Assembly (NCBI GenBank): GCA_903835685.1
Contig: CAILNX010000062.1
Span: forward strand, 4,204 to 28,203
Reading direction: 5' to 3'
DNA from: an uncultured delta proteobacterium
Lineage (GTDB): Bacteria; Desulfobacterota; Desulfovibrionia; Desulfovibrionales; Desulfovibrionaceae
DNA length: 24,000 nucleotides
Below are positions 8,335-16,008 of the stretch, piece after piece. The position numbers and the translations under genes are program-made. The notes under the pieces are model-generated. The model did no database searches and had not been told where the DNA came from. It saw nothing but the letters and a program-made list of their open reading frames with translations. Position 1 is the stretch's first letter; every line of letters starts with the position of its first letter.

Positions 8335-10056
8335 TCAGGGCACCCGGATGAGGCGCAGGCCCGTGTCCGGCTTGCCCGCCCCGTCCTCGCTGGTTCCCCG
8401 GAAGGAGCAGCGGGCCGAGGAGGCCCCTTGCAGGAAGCTGCCCCCGCGCAGGCCCTGGCAGGTCCCTTCGCGCAGATACACGGGATTGGAGCGCTGGTGC
8501 TTGGCGTAGGCGTCCTCCCCGCAACTGTCGATGACCCATTCCCAGACATTGCCGCTCAAGTCCGAAAGCCCCAGGCCGTTGGGGGCCTTGGTCCCCACCG
8601 GATGGACCTGGAGGGCGCCCCCGGGCGTGGCCAGTCCGGCGTACCAGGCCAACAGGTCCGGGTCGTTGCCCCCGGCGTAGACCTCGGCCTTGCCCCCGCT
8701 GCGGCAGGCGTATTCCCATTCGGCCTCGGTGGGCAGGCGGAACTTAAGCGCGCCCCCGCCCACCTGGGTCAGTTTCTCGATAAAGGCCCGGGCCTGGGCG
8801 TAGGACACCCCGGTCATGGGCAGGTCCTGGACCGCTGGCGAGGCGGAGAGGCCCTGGATGGGGTCCATGACCGCCGCCCACTGGCCCCGGGTGATCTCGG
8901 TCTTGCCCATCCAGAATCCGTCCAGGCAGACCAGGTGCACGGGCCGCTCGTCGTCGTCGCAGTCGTGGGTCCAGGGGCCGCAGCCCATCTCGTAGCATCC
9001 CGAGGGCACCCAGGCGAAGTCCAGGCCCGTGACCGGTTCGCGCCAGGCCTCGGACGCGCCCAGACGCCGCACGGGCGCGGATTCCGGGGCCTTGGGCTTC
9101 TTCTCCTCGATGCGCAACTTGGCCAGGGAGGCGAATTTCCCCGAGGGGTAGGATTCCAGATAGGCCTGGTAATCCTTGGGGTCCCCGCTCTTTTCAGCGG
9201 ATTCCCAGAACTTCATTTCAAAGGCCGCATCCTGGGAATGGGCCGGGGCGGTCTCGGCCTGGACCGGGCTGACCGCCTCGCCCGCAGGGGCGTCGCCGTT
9301 GGGAATGAAGCGGTAGACCCCGCGCAGGTTGTTGGACTGCCAGGGCTGCTGGTCCCCGCCCGAGGTCTTCTCCACGGCCAGGCCCACCTGGATGAACACG
9401 TCCTCGATGCGCAGGCCGGGTTTCTTGATGTACTCGGCCAGGGCCGAGGAGTAGGGGCTGTTCACGCCCTCGCCGTCGGAAGCCACCTTGCCCGGGGCCG
9501 TGGAGTAGGCGATGAAGGTCCCGCGCGGGGCGTCCATGGGGGCCAGACCGGCGGCGCTGCCCTTGAATCCCCGGGAGGTGTAGGGGTTGTTGCGGCAGGC
9601 GTCCAGGATGAGCACGTTGACCTGGTTGCCCGTGTAGCCCATCTCGTCCAGGACCAGGTCCACGTCCACCAACTGGAATTTGATGTCCGCCCGGCGCTCC
9701 ACATTGGCCGAGACCGGGATGAGGTAGTTCTTGCCGTCCACCTGCACCCCGTGGCCGGAATAGTAGAAAAGCCCGACGGCCCCGCCGCTTGAGGCCTTGC
9801 CAAAGGCCTGGATGGCCTTTTCCAGGCCCTCCCGGTCCAGGTCCGTCATGGCCCCGCCGCCCACCAGGTCGAACCCGATCTCCTTCAGGGAGGCGGCCAC
9901 GCCCCGGGCGTCGCTGGCCGAGTTCTTCAAGGGGGGAACGCCCTGGTAGGCCGAGTTGCCGATGACCAGGGCCACCCGTTTTTCCGGACCCTGGGCCGCG
10001 CAGGGGCGGGCCGCAAAGATGAGGCCGAGGAGGAGGAAGAGGAGCAGGCGTTTCAT
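8335..10056 (-). CDS. Exported caspase-like (peptidase C14) protease fused to an FGE/SUMF1-fold domain
   Basis: Start taken at the Met of MKRLLLFLLLGLIFAARPCAAQ (signal-peptide-like), not the ORF-track start at 10116. C14 His (FYYSGHG) and Cys (LILDACRNN) are present. C-terminal FGE-fold motifs: RLPTEAEWEYACRSGG, GNVWEWV, RGGSF. Confidence 0.8.
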   Translation of the reverse strand: MKRLLLFLLLGLIFAARPCAAQGPEKRVALVIGNSAYQGVPPLKNSASDARGVAASLKEIGFDLVGGGAMTDLDREGLEKAIQAFGKASSGGAVGLFYYSGHGVQVDGKNYLIPVSANVERRADIKFQLVDVDLVLDEMGYTGNQVNVLILDACRNNPYTSRGFKGSAAGLAPMDAPRGTFIAYSTAPGKVASDGEGVNSPYSSALAEYIKKPGLRIEDVFIQVGLAVEKTSGGDQQPWQSNNLRGVYRFIPNGDAPAGEAVSPVQAETAPAHSQDAAFEMKFWESAEKSGDPKDYQAYLESYPSGKFASLAKLRIEEKKPKAPESAPVRRLGASEAWREPVTGLDFAWVPSGCYEMGCGPWTHDCDDDERPVHLVCLDGFWMGKTEITRGQWAAVMDPIQGLSASPAVQDLPMTGVSYAQARAFIEKLTQVGGGALKFRLPTEAEWEYACRSGGKAEVYAGGNDPDLLAWYAGLATPGGALQVHPVGTKAPNGLGLSDLSGNVWEWVIDSCGEDAYAKHQRSNPVYLREGTCQGLRGGSFLQGASSARCSFRGTSEDGAGKPDTGLRLIRVP

Positions 10057-10266
10057 GGCGGGCGGATAGTACTCCCCTTGACCAGGGAGGGCAAGTCTGC
10101 AATATTTTGAAAACATTATATATATTCATGCAGACCCCGGGGTGGAGCGTTTCGAGGCCCGTGTCGCCAGGCCGCGAATCGTGGGGATTTTCCTTGAGGC
10201 CTCGGCCGTTTCATCGTACTGGAAGCGAAGACTCAGACACCCTTCATCCCAGCGAAAGGAGAGCCC

Positions 10267-11688
10267 ATGCGCACCAAAATCGTGGCCACCCTCGGGCCAG
10301 CCTCGTCCAATCACGAGACCATGAAGGCCATGGTGGAATATGGCGTGCGCATCTTCCGCCTGAACTTCTCCCATTCCGATGCGGCCACCTTCCTGCCCAC
10401 GGTGCAGATCATCCGGGGCCTGGAGAGCGAACTGAACCAGCCCCTGACCATCATGGGCGACCTGTGCGGGCCTAAAATCCGCATCGGCGACGTGAAGGAC
10501 TCCCCGGTGCAGGTGAACAAGGGGGACTTCGTGTCCCTGGGCCTGCCGGACATGGCCGACAAGGCCGAGACCGCGCCCTTCATCCCCCTGGACATGGCCG
10601 AACTCCTGCTCGGCCTGGACGTGAACATGCCCGTGTCCTTGAGCGACGGGATGCTCCAGTTCCGGGTCACCCGGGTGTGCGTCAAGGACAAGCTCTTCGA
10701 GATGGAGGCCAAGAACAGCGGGGTGCTCACCTCCAAGAAGGGCATCGCCTTTCCGGGAAAGTTCCACCCCATGCCCGCGCTCACGGCCAAGGACAAGAAG
10801 GACCTGCACGAGGGCCTGGACATCGGCCTGGACGCCGTGGCCCTGTCCTTTGTGCAGACCCTGGACGACATTAGGGACATCCGCTCGGAGATCGACCGGC
10901 ACGGGGTCTGGATTCCGGTGGTGGCCAAGATCGAGCGCCAGAACGCCGTGGACAACCTGGCCTCCATCCTGGAGCTGACCGACGCCATCATGGTGGCCCG
11001 GGGGGACCTGGGCCTGGAATGCCCCCTGGCCGCCGTGCCCGTGATCCAGAAGCGCATCATCCGGGCCTGCCGCCACGCCCAGAAGGGGGTCATCGTGGCC
11101 ACCCAGATGCTCCTGTCCATGGTCAAAAATCCCATGCCCACCCGGGCCGAGGCCGCTGACGTGGCCAACGCCATGATGGACGGCGCGGACTGTGTCATGC
11201 TTTCGGAAGAGACGGCCATGGGCAATTATCCGGTGGAGGCCGTGCGCTTCATGAGCGAGATCGCGGCCAGCGCCGAGCCCTATTACATCGAGCGCTCCCA
11301 GGGGCCGCTGCCGCCCAAGAAGGAGAAGAACCCCAGCAAGTACCTGGCCTACGCCGCCTGCCTGCTGGCCGACAACACCGAGTCCGCGGCCCTGGTGGCC
11401 CACACCACCAGCGGGTCCACGGCCCGGCTCCTGTCCAGCCGCCGCCCGGCCCAGCCCATCCACGCCCTGACCACGGACGCCCGGGTGGTCAAGGACCTGA
11501 ACTTCTTCTGGGGTGTGCACCCCCATCTGGTGGACACCACCATCCCCGGGCATTTGGAGCGGGCCGAGAAATTCGTGCGCGAGTCCCCGGTCATCAAGGA
11601 CGGCCAGAGCGTGGTCATCACCGCCGGACAGCCCACCCCGGGCCAGACCCAGGTGCACACCAACGAGCTGAAAATCTACTACAAATAG
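10267..11688 (+). CDS. pyk: Pyruvate kinase
   Basis: 473 aa. MRTKIVATLGPAS...RLNFSHS N-terminus, MVARGDLG motif, typical length. AAGGAG lies before the ATG. Confidence 0.95.
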   Translation: MRTKIVATLGPASSNHETMKAMVEYGVRIFRLNFSHSDAATFLPTVQIIRGLESELNQPLTIMGDLCGPKIRIGDVKDSPVQVNKGDFVSLGLPDMADKAETAPFIPLDMAELLLGLDVNMPVSLSDGMLQFRVTRVCVKDKLFEMEAKNSGVLTSKKGIAFPGKFHPMPALTAKDKKDLHEGLDIGLDAVALSFVQTLDDIRDIRSEIDRHGVWIPVVAKIERQNAVDNLASILELTDAIMVARGDLGLECPLAAVPVIQKRIIRACRHAQKGVIVATQMLLSMVKNPMPTRAEAADVANAMMDGADCVMLSEETAMGNYPVEAVRFMSEIAASAEPYYIERSQGPLPPKKEKNPSKYLAYAACLLADNTESAALVAHTTSGSTARLLSSRRPAQPIHALTTDARVVKDLNFFWGVHPHLVDTTIPGHLERAEKFVRESPVIKDGQSVVITAGQPTPGQTQVHTNELKIYYK

Positions 11689-11719
11689 ACCACGCGCCGC
11701 TGATTGACGCCATATGAGG

Positions 11720-11756
11720 GGCCGGGGAGGGGAGACCCTTCCCGGCCTTTTGTTTT
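11720..11756 (+). terminator. Rho-independent terminator of pyk
   Basis: A 12-bp stem (11720-11731 with 11736-11747, one G-U pair) closed by a GAGA tetraloop, followed by TTTTGTTTT. Confidence 0.8.
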
Positions 11757-11793
11757 CAGGCCCGAGTGCCGCGCTCCAGAAATACGCCCAGCC

Positions 11794-11825
11794 AAGAATG
11801 AAGAATAAGAATTATTAATTCTTAT
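11794..11825. repeat. AT-rich palindromic intergenic repeat, copy 1 (contains GAAGAATAAGAA)
   Basis: AAGAATGAAGAATAAGAATTATTAATTCTTAT. Positions 11805-11825 form a perfect 10+1+10 palindrome. The 12-mer GAAGAATAAGAA is at 11800-11811. Confidence 0.8.
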
Positions 11826-11980
11826 GTTTACGTATTCGAGGGTGACGCTGTCTATTCCAGTGCCCAACACGAGCCCCTCCCGGCACCGGTTTTGCAAATC
11901 CCCAGGCAGTGCGCTTTTTGCCGCGCACGCTTCAAGGAAACAGATCGGGCAACCAGATCAGGCAACCGCAAGGGGGAAGC

Positions 11981-12658
11981 ATGGGACCGAGCAACACCAC
12001 CGGCGCCAAGAAGGGGCGCAGCACCCCGCAGGACCAGGATTGCCGCCGCGAAACCGGGCAGAAGCGGGGGGCCAAGATCGACCTGGCCCTGGGCCAGATC
12101 GTGTCCACCCCGCCCGGCAAGGATGCCCCCGGGGTCAACGCCCATCCCTTTCCGGCCCCGCGCGACGCGGTGGACGCCGTGGTCAATTTCTTCGAGTGGA
12201 ACTCCATCCTGGCCGTGCCCGGCGATTTCCTGAAAATCGGGACCTTCCACGGCAACGGCCTGTGCCGCGCGGCGCGGCATCTTTGCCGCCGGGCCAGGGG
12301 CAAGCGCCTGACCATCCTGGACGACTGCGACCTGGGCCTGGCCGCCGCGCCTCCTGGCCGGAGCCTGTCCAACGTGGACATGATTTTCGGGGATTCGCGC
12401 TCGGCCGATCTGGGCCAGGGGCCTTTAAGCTTTGTCTGGGTGGGGCGGCACACCAGCCCGTTCTTCGACCCGGGCCATGATTTCGCCCTGGCCTGGCCCC
12501 GACTCTCGGCCCGGGGCGGCCTGGTCTTTGACTTAGGCCCGGGCCAGTCCGCGCCTGCCGTGGCCCGGGTGGAGGACATCCTGGCCGCCTGCCAGACGGA
12601 AATCTTCGGCAGCTATCGCCACAAGGGCTTCGGCCTGCGCTTCGTGATCAAGAAATAG
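11981..12658 (+). CDS. Hypothetical protein, class I SAM-methyltransferase-like (Methyltransf_24/CmcI-like pattern) with a basic N-terminal extension
   Basis: High third-position GC throughout. GGGGGA lies 5 nt before the ATG at 11981, in frame with the longer ORF-track start at 11909. Motif pattern FLKIGTFHGNG ... VDMIFGDSRSADL ... FVWVGRHTSP ... GGLVFD parallels the Methyltransf_24 layout. The functional call is weak. Confidence 0.55.
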   Translation: MGPSNTTGAKKGRSTPQDQDCRRETGQKRGAKIDLALGQIVSTPPGKDAPGVNAHPFPAPRDAVDAVVNFFEWNSILAVPGDFLKIGTFHGNGLCRAARHLCRRARGKRLTILDDCDLGLAAAPPGRSLSNVDMIFGDSRSADLGQGPLSFVWVGRHTSPFFDPGHDFALAWPRLSARGGLVFDLGPGQSAPAVARVEDILAACQTEIFGSYRHKGFGLRFVIKK

Positions 12659-12689
12659 CCCCGGGGCCGGGGCCTTGCCGTTTCAGACC

Positions 12690-12719
12690 GGGCGACCCTT
12701 TTGGGGGCCGCCCTTTTTT
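12690..12719 (+). terminator. Rho-independent terminator after the methyltransferase-like gene
   Basis: GGGCGACCC, 6-nt loop, GGGGCCGCCC (stem with one mismatch), followed by TTTTTT (12714-12719). Confidence 0.7.
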
Positions 12720-12729
12720 GTCGCCGCCG

Positions 12730-13098
12730 CTACGGTTTCACCTGGATCTTGGGCTGCACGTAGATGGGCTGCTGCTGCTCGTCCTTGGCCTTTTTCTTGG
12801 GCGGGATCACGTCCATGGTCCGGCTCCCCTCCTCGTCCGCGCCGATGGACAGGGTCCCCTTGGGCTCGCGGGTGCCCATGCTCACGTCCTTGCGGTTTTT
12901 GGCCGTGTCCTTGTTCGGGAATTTGCCCGTGTGGGGAGGGCCTTCCGTCTGGGTGGTGTCGATGGCGGCCTTGGCCTCGTCCGGGGAGGTGATCAGGTCA
13001 CGCTCCTGGGCCGCGGAGGGTCGGGCCGGACCAAGACTCAAGGACAGGGCGCAGGCCAGGGCCAGAGCGGCCGAAAGAGGGATGGTGGTGCGACGCAT
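12730..13098 (-). CDS. Small exported Lys-rich protein of unknown function (122 aa)
   Basis: This is the C-terminal 122 codons of the 852-aa ORF-track entry. It starts at the Met of MRRTTIPLSAALALACALSLSLGPARPSAAQ (signal-peptide-like), with GGAGG upstream. Third-position GC is high. The rest of the long ORF is antisense to purM and is rejected. Confidence 0.65.
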   Translation of the reverse strand: MRRTTIPLSAALALACALSLSLGPARPSAAQERDLITSPDEAKAAIDTTQTEGPPHTGKFPNKDTAKNRKDVSMGTREPKGTLSIGADEEGSRTMDVIPPKKKAKDEQQQPIYVQPKIQVKP

Positions 13099-13260
13099 GG
13101 CGGGCCTCCGGACAGGCGGGGAAAAAGGGTCTTGAATTTCGTCCATGATACAAATATACATGGGTTCTGCCAAGATCGGGCGTCCGGTCCTTGGCTGGCT
13201 TTCCCAAGCTTTGCCAGAAGCGTGCCGCCTCATGCGGACGCGAGAAGAGGAGACCCGTTC

Positions 13261-14319
13261 ATGTCCGACCGCGCCGAGGCCTACAAAGCGGCCGGTGTCG
13301 ATATCGACGCCGCCCAGTCCCTGGTGGGGCGCATCAAGGGCATTGCCGCCAGCACTTTCACCAAGGGCGTGATCACGGACATCGGCGGGTTCGGGGGCTT
13401 GTTCAAGCCGGATTTGAGCAACATGACCGAGCCCGTGCTGGTCTCCGGCACGGACGGGGTGGGCACCAAGCTCAAGCTGGCCTTTGATTTCGACGGGCAC
13501 GACAGCGTGGGCATCGACCTGGTGGCCATGAGCGTGAACGACATCCTGGTCCAGGGGGCCAAGCCGCTCTTCTTCCTCGATTATTTCGCCTGCGGCAAGC
13601 TGGATACGGGCATTGCCGAGCGGGTCATCACCGGGATCGCGGCCGGTTGCAAGGAGTCCGGCTGCGCGCTCTTGGGCGGGGAGACGGCCGAGATGCCCGG
13701 GTTCTACGCCCCGGGCGAGTATGATCTGGCCGGTTTTTGCGTGGGCGTGGTGGACAACGCCAAGATCGTGGACGGGTCGAACATCACCATCGGGGACAAG
13801 CTCGTGGGCCTGGCCTCCACTGGCCCGCACAGCAACGGCTATTCCCTGATCCGCAAGATTTTCGCGGCCTCGGGCCGGGCCGGGACCGACGAGGTGCCTG
13901 GCGACGGCCGGACCTTCCGGGAGGCCCTGCTGGCCCCCACGAGGCTTTACGTGGCCCCCATCCTGCGCCTTTTGAAGGACACCCGGATCAAGGGCATGGC
14001 CCACATCACCGGGGGCGGGTTCTACGAGAACGTGCCCCGGGTCCTGCCCGCCGGGGTCACGGCCAAACTCCATTTCGGGTCCTGGACCGTGCCGCCGGTG
14101 TTTGAGTGGCTCAAGGAACAGGGCCAACTCACCTGGCCGGAGATGCTCCAGATATTCAACTGCGGGGTGGGTTTCGTGCTCATCGTGGACAAGGCCGAGG
14201 CCGAGGAGGTCGTGGCCCGGCTGCACGGCTTGGACGTTCCCGCCTGGGTCCTGGGCGAGGTGGTCCGGCGCAAGGACGGCCAGGAACAGGTGGATGTTGA
14301 TTTCGGAGCCCAGGCCTAA
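13261..14319 (+). CDS. purM: Phosphoribosylformylglycinamidine cyclo-ligase (AIR synthetase)
   Basis: Start taken at MSDRAEAYKAAGVDIDAAQSLVGRIK..., with GAGGAG upstream. Typical PurM motifs are present (GGFGGLF, SGTDGVGTKLK, DLVAMSVNDILVQGAKPLFFLDY). The ORF-track N-terminal extension from 12718 is rejected. Confidence 0.95.
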   Translation: MSDRAEAYKAAGVDIDAAQSLVGRIKGIAASTFTKGVITDIGGFGGLFKPDLSNMTEPVLVSGTDGVGTKLKLAFDFDGHDSVGIDLVAMSVNDILVQGAKPLFFLDYFACGKLDTGIAERVITGIAAGCKESGCALLGGETAEMPGFYAPGEYDLAGFCVGVVDNAKIVDGSNITIGDKLVGLASTGPHSNGYSLIRKIFAASGRAGTDEVPGDGRTFREALLAPTRLYVAPILRLLKDTRIKGMAHITGGGFYENVPRVLPAGVTAKLHFGSWTVPPVFEWLKEQGQLTWPEMLQIFNCGVGFVLIVDKAEAEEVVARLHGLDVPAWVLGEVVRRKDGQEQVDVDFGAQA

Positions 14320-14520
14320 AAAAATTTCACCCGGAAAGCCGGGGAGTTCTTGGCAGAAGCCCAAGAAACAGGTATCAGGATATTGGGCTGCCCGGGGCAG
14401 GGCGTATTTTTTCAGGCCCTGATCCGAGCAGCGGCGCGCAGCGCCTGACTGGAATGAGACACCAACGCGGCCCGGAAGTCCGGGTGCAGCGTCGCGAGGC
14501 CACCCAAACGGGAAGGAGGC

Positions 14521-15438
14521 ATGGGCATGAGGCTTTTGACCCGATCCGATTTTGACGGGCTGATCTGCGGGGTTCTTCTGCGCGAGGCCGGGATCGTCGA
14601 GGACTGGACCTTTGTGCATCCCAAAGACATGCAGGACGGGACCATCAAAGTGACCGAGAACGACGTGCTGGCCAATGTGCCGTTCGTCCCGGGCTGCGGG
14701 CTGTGGTTCGACCATCACACCAGCGAGCAGATGCGCCATGGCGAGGACCTGGAGTACAAAGGCGACTCCCGTCCGGCCCCCAGTTGCGCCCGGGTCATCT
14801 GGGACTACTACGGCGCGCACAAGACCTTCTCCCCCAAATTCGACGAGATGATGCGCTACGTGGACAAGTGCGACAGCGGGGACCTGACCTCGGAGGAGAT
14901 CTTGAAACCCGCGGGCTGGGTGCTTTTGAGCTTCATGATGGACCCGCGCACGGGCCTGGGCCGCTACCGGGATTACACCATCAGCAATTACCAGCTCATG
15001 ATGGAGCTCATGGAAGCCTGCCGGACCATGACCATCGCGGCCATCCTGGAGCTGCCCCACGTGAAGGAGCGGACCGCTCGCTATTTCGAGCAGGACGCCC
15101 TCTACCGGGACATGCTCAAGAAACGGAGCCGGATGGATGAGAACGTGCTGGTCATCGACCTGCGCGAGCAGGAGGAGATTTACTCCGGCAACCGGTTTTT
15201 GGCCTACACCCTGTACCCCAAGGCCAACATCAGCGTGCAGGTCATCTGGGGCAAGCTTAAGCAGAACGTGGTCTTTACCGTGGGGCACAGCATCTTAAAC
15301 CGCACCAGCGCGGTGAACGTGGGCCAGCTCATGCTCGAATACGGCGGGGGCGGGCACGAAAAGGTGGGCACCTGCCAGGTGGACCACGACAAGGCCGAGG
15401 AGGCCATGGCCGCCATCATCGCCCGGCTCAAGGGCTAG
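14521..15438 (+). CDS. DHH/DHHA1-family phosphoesterase (NrnB/COG2404-like pattern)
   Basis: 305 aa. DxD motif (SDFDGL), DHH motif (WFDHHTSE) and a C-terminal GGGH motif (YGGGGHEKVGT) typical of DHHA1. GGAGG lies before the ATG. Confidence 0.7.
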   Translation: MGMRLLTRSDFDGLICGVLLREAGIVEDWTFVHPKDMQDGTIKVTENDVLANVPFVPGCGLWFDHHTSEQMRHGEDLEYKGDSRPAPSCARVIWDYYGAHKTFSPKFDEMMRYVDKCDSGDLTSEEILKPAGWVLLSFMMDPRTGLGRYRDYTISNYQLMMELMEACRTMTIAAILELPHVKERTARYFEQDALYRDMLKKRSRMDENVLVIDLREQEEIYSGNRFLAYTLYPKANISVQVIWGKLKQNVVFTVGHSILNRTSAVNVGQLMLEYGGGGHEKVGTCQVDHDKAEEAMAAIIARLKG

Positions 15439-15476
15439 GCGGTTCGGACCGCCCGGGACTCATTTCCGAAGCATTG

Positions 15477-15506
15477 GGGCGGCCTGAGAAGGGCCGCCCT
15501 TTTTTT
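15477..15506 (+). terminator. Rho-independent terminator after the DHH gene, overlapping the stop of the convergent gene
   Basis: GGGCGGCC (15477-15484), 7-nt loop, GGCCGCCC (15492-15499), followed by TTTTTTT. Confidence 0.75.
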
Positions 15507-16008
15507 AGGCCTGTTCCGGGGCAGGCAGCAGGGCGCGCAAGGCCTCCTCCACCTCCTGACCGTCCAGGGCGTACCGCTTCAAACTCGCGGCATGGACAAG
15601 GCCCAGGCCGGACCAGGGGCGTCCGGTGAAGCGCTGGCGCACCCGGTCCACGGCAATGGGCTCGGCCAGGGGAGTTGCAGCCAGACGCACCGCGGCCTGG
15701 TACCGGCCCAGAATTTCTTCCTGAAAGGCCTGCACCGAGGGCGCGCCCGAGGACAGCCAGCGCCCCTGGGCCACGTCCTTAAAATAGGCCCCAAGCTCCG
15801 GCCCGCGCAGCAGATGCTCCACCCAGCCGTAGCCCACGATCTGAGTGTGCGGGCCCACGGACACCAGAAAGACCGCGTCGCCCAGGGCCAGGCTGCGCTC
15901 CCCATCCCGGCCGAAGTCCGGGTTCTCCCGGAACTCCCAGTGCTTGAGGCCGCTGACCAGCATCCGCGCGAAGGTATCCTGTACGGACAGGAGAAAGATT
16001 TCCCGCAT
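15505..16008 (-). CDS. Hypothetical protein, possibly PUA-like/ASCH fold
   Basis: Start taken at MREIFLLSVQDTFARMLVSGLKHWEFR (GGAG upstream). This N-terminal pattern resembles ASCH-domain openings. Codon usage is good. The function is a guess. Confidence 0.45.
   Translation of the reverse strand: MREIFLLSVQDTFARMLVSGLKHWEFRENPDFGRDGERSLALGDAVFLVSVGPHTQIVGYGWVEHLLRGPELGAYFKDVAQGRWLSSGAPSVQAFQEEILGRYQAAVRLAATPLAEPIAVDRVRQRFTGRPWSGLGLVHAASLKRYALDGQEVEEALRALLPAPEQA

Noticed and set aside
10057-10116. N-terminal extensions offered by the ORF track for the caspase-FGE gene (to 10116), pheT (to 19661), the ASCH-like gene (to 16113), purM (from 12718) and the CI-like gene (from 16291)
   Set aside because: In each case an internal start is better supported. 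The internal starts give a canonical N-terminus (signal peptide; MLLSLKWLREF; MSDRAEAYK) and are preceded by a Shine-Dalgarno sequence. The extensions run through low-GC or intergenic-looking sequence.
11805-11825. The AT-rich palindromes as Fur boxes or other known operators (Fur, Zur, CRP/FNR-type, CodY, IHF)
   Set aside because: Only a generic resemblance to AT-rich palindromes exists. The arms (ATAAGAAT/ATTCTTAT) do not match GATAATGATAATCATTATC, TTGTGA-N6-TCACAA or WATCAA-N4-TTR. No iron or zinc genes are adjacent.
13051-13098. A lipoprotein lipobox in the small exported protein (…ALALAC…)
   Set aside because: The residues before the Cys (A-L-A) do not fit L-[AS]-[GA]-C well, and the Cys comes only 16 residues in, inside the hydrophobic core. 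A type I cleavage after …PSAA is more plausible. The protein is kept as exported, not called a lipoprotein.
13099-15288. The 852-aa minus-strand ORF (12730-15288) spanning purM and the DHH gene
   Set aside because: Its translation is Gly/Pro/Arg/His/Val-rich low complexity. It is antisense to two genes with clear family motifs. Long stop-free antisense frames are expected at this GC content. Only its last 122 codons (12730-13098) are kept as a gene; they have a signal peptide, an SD and good codon bias.
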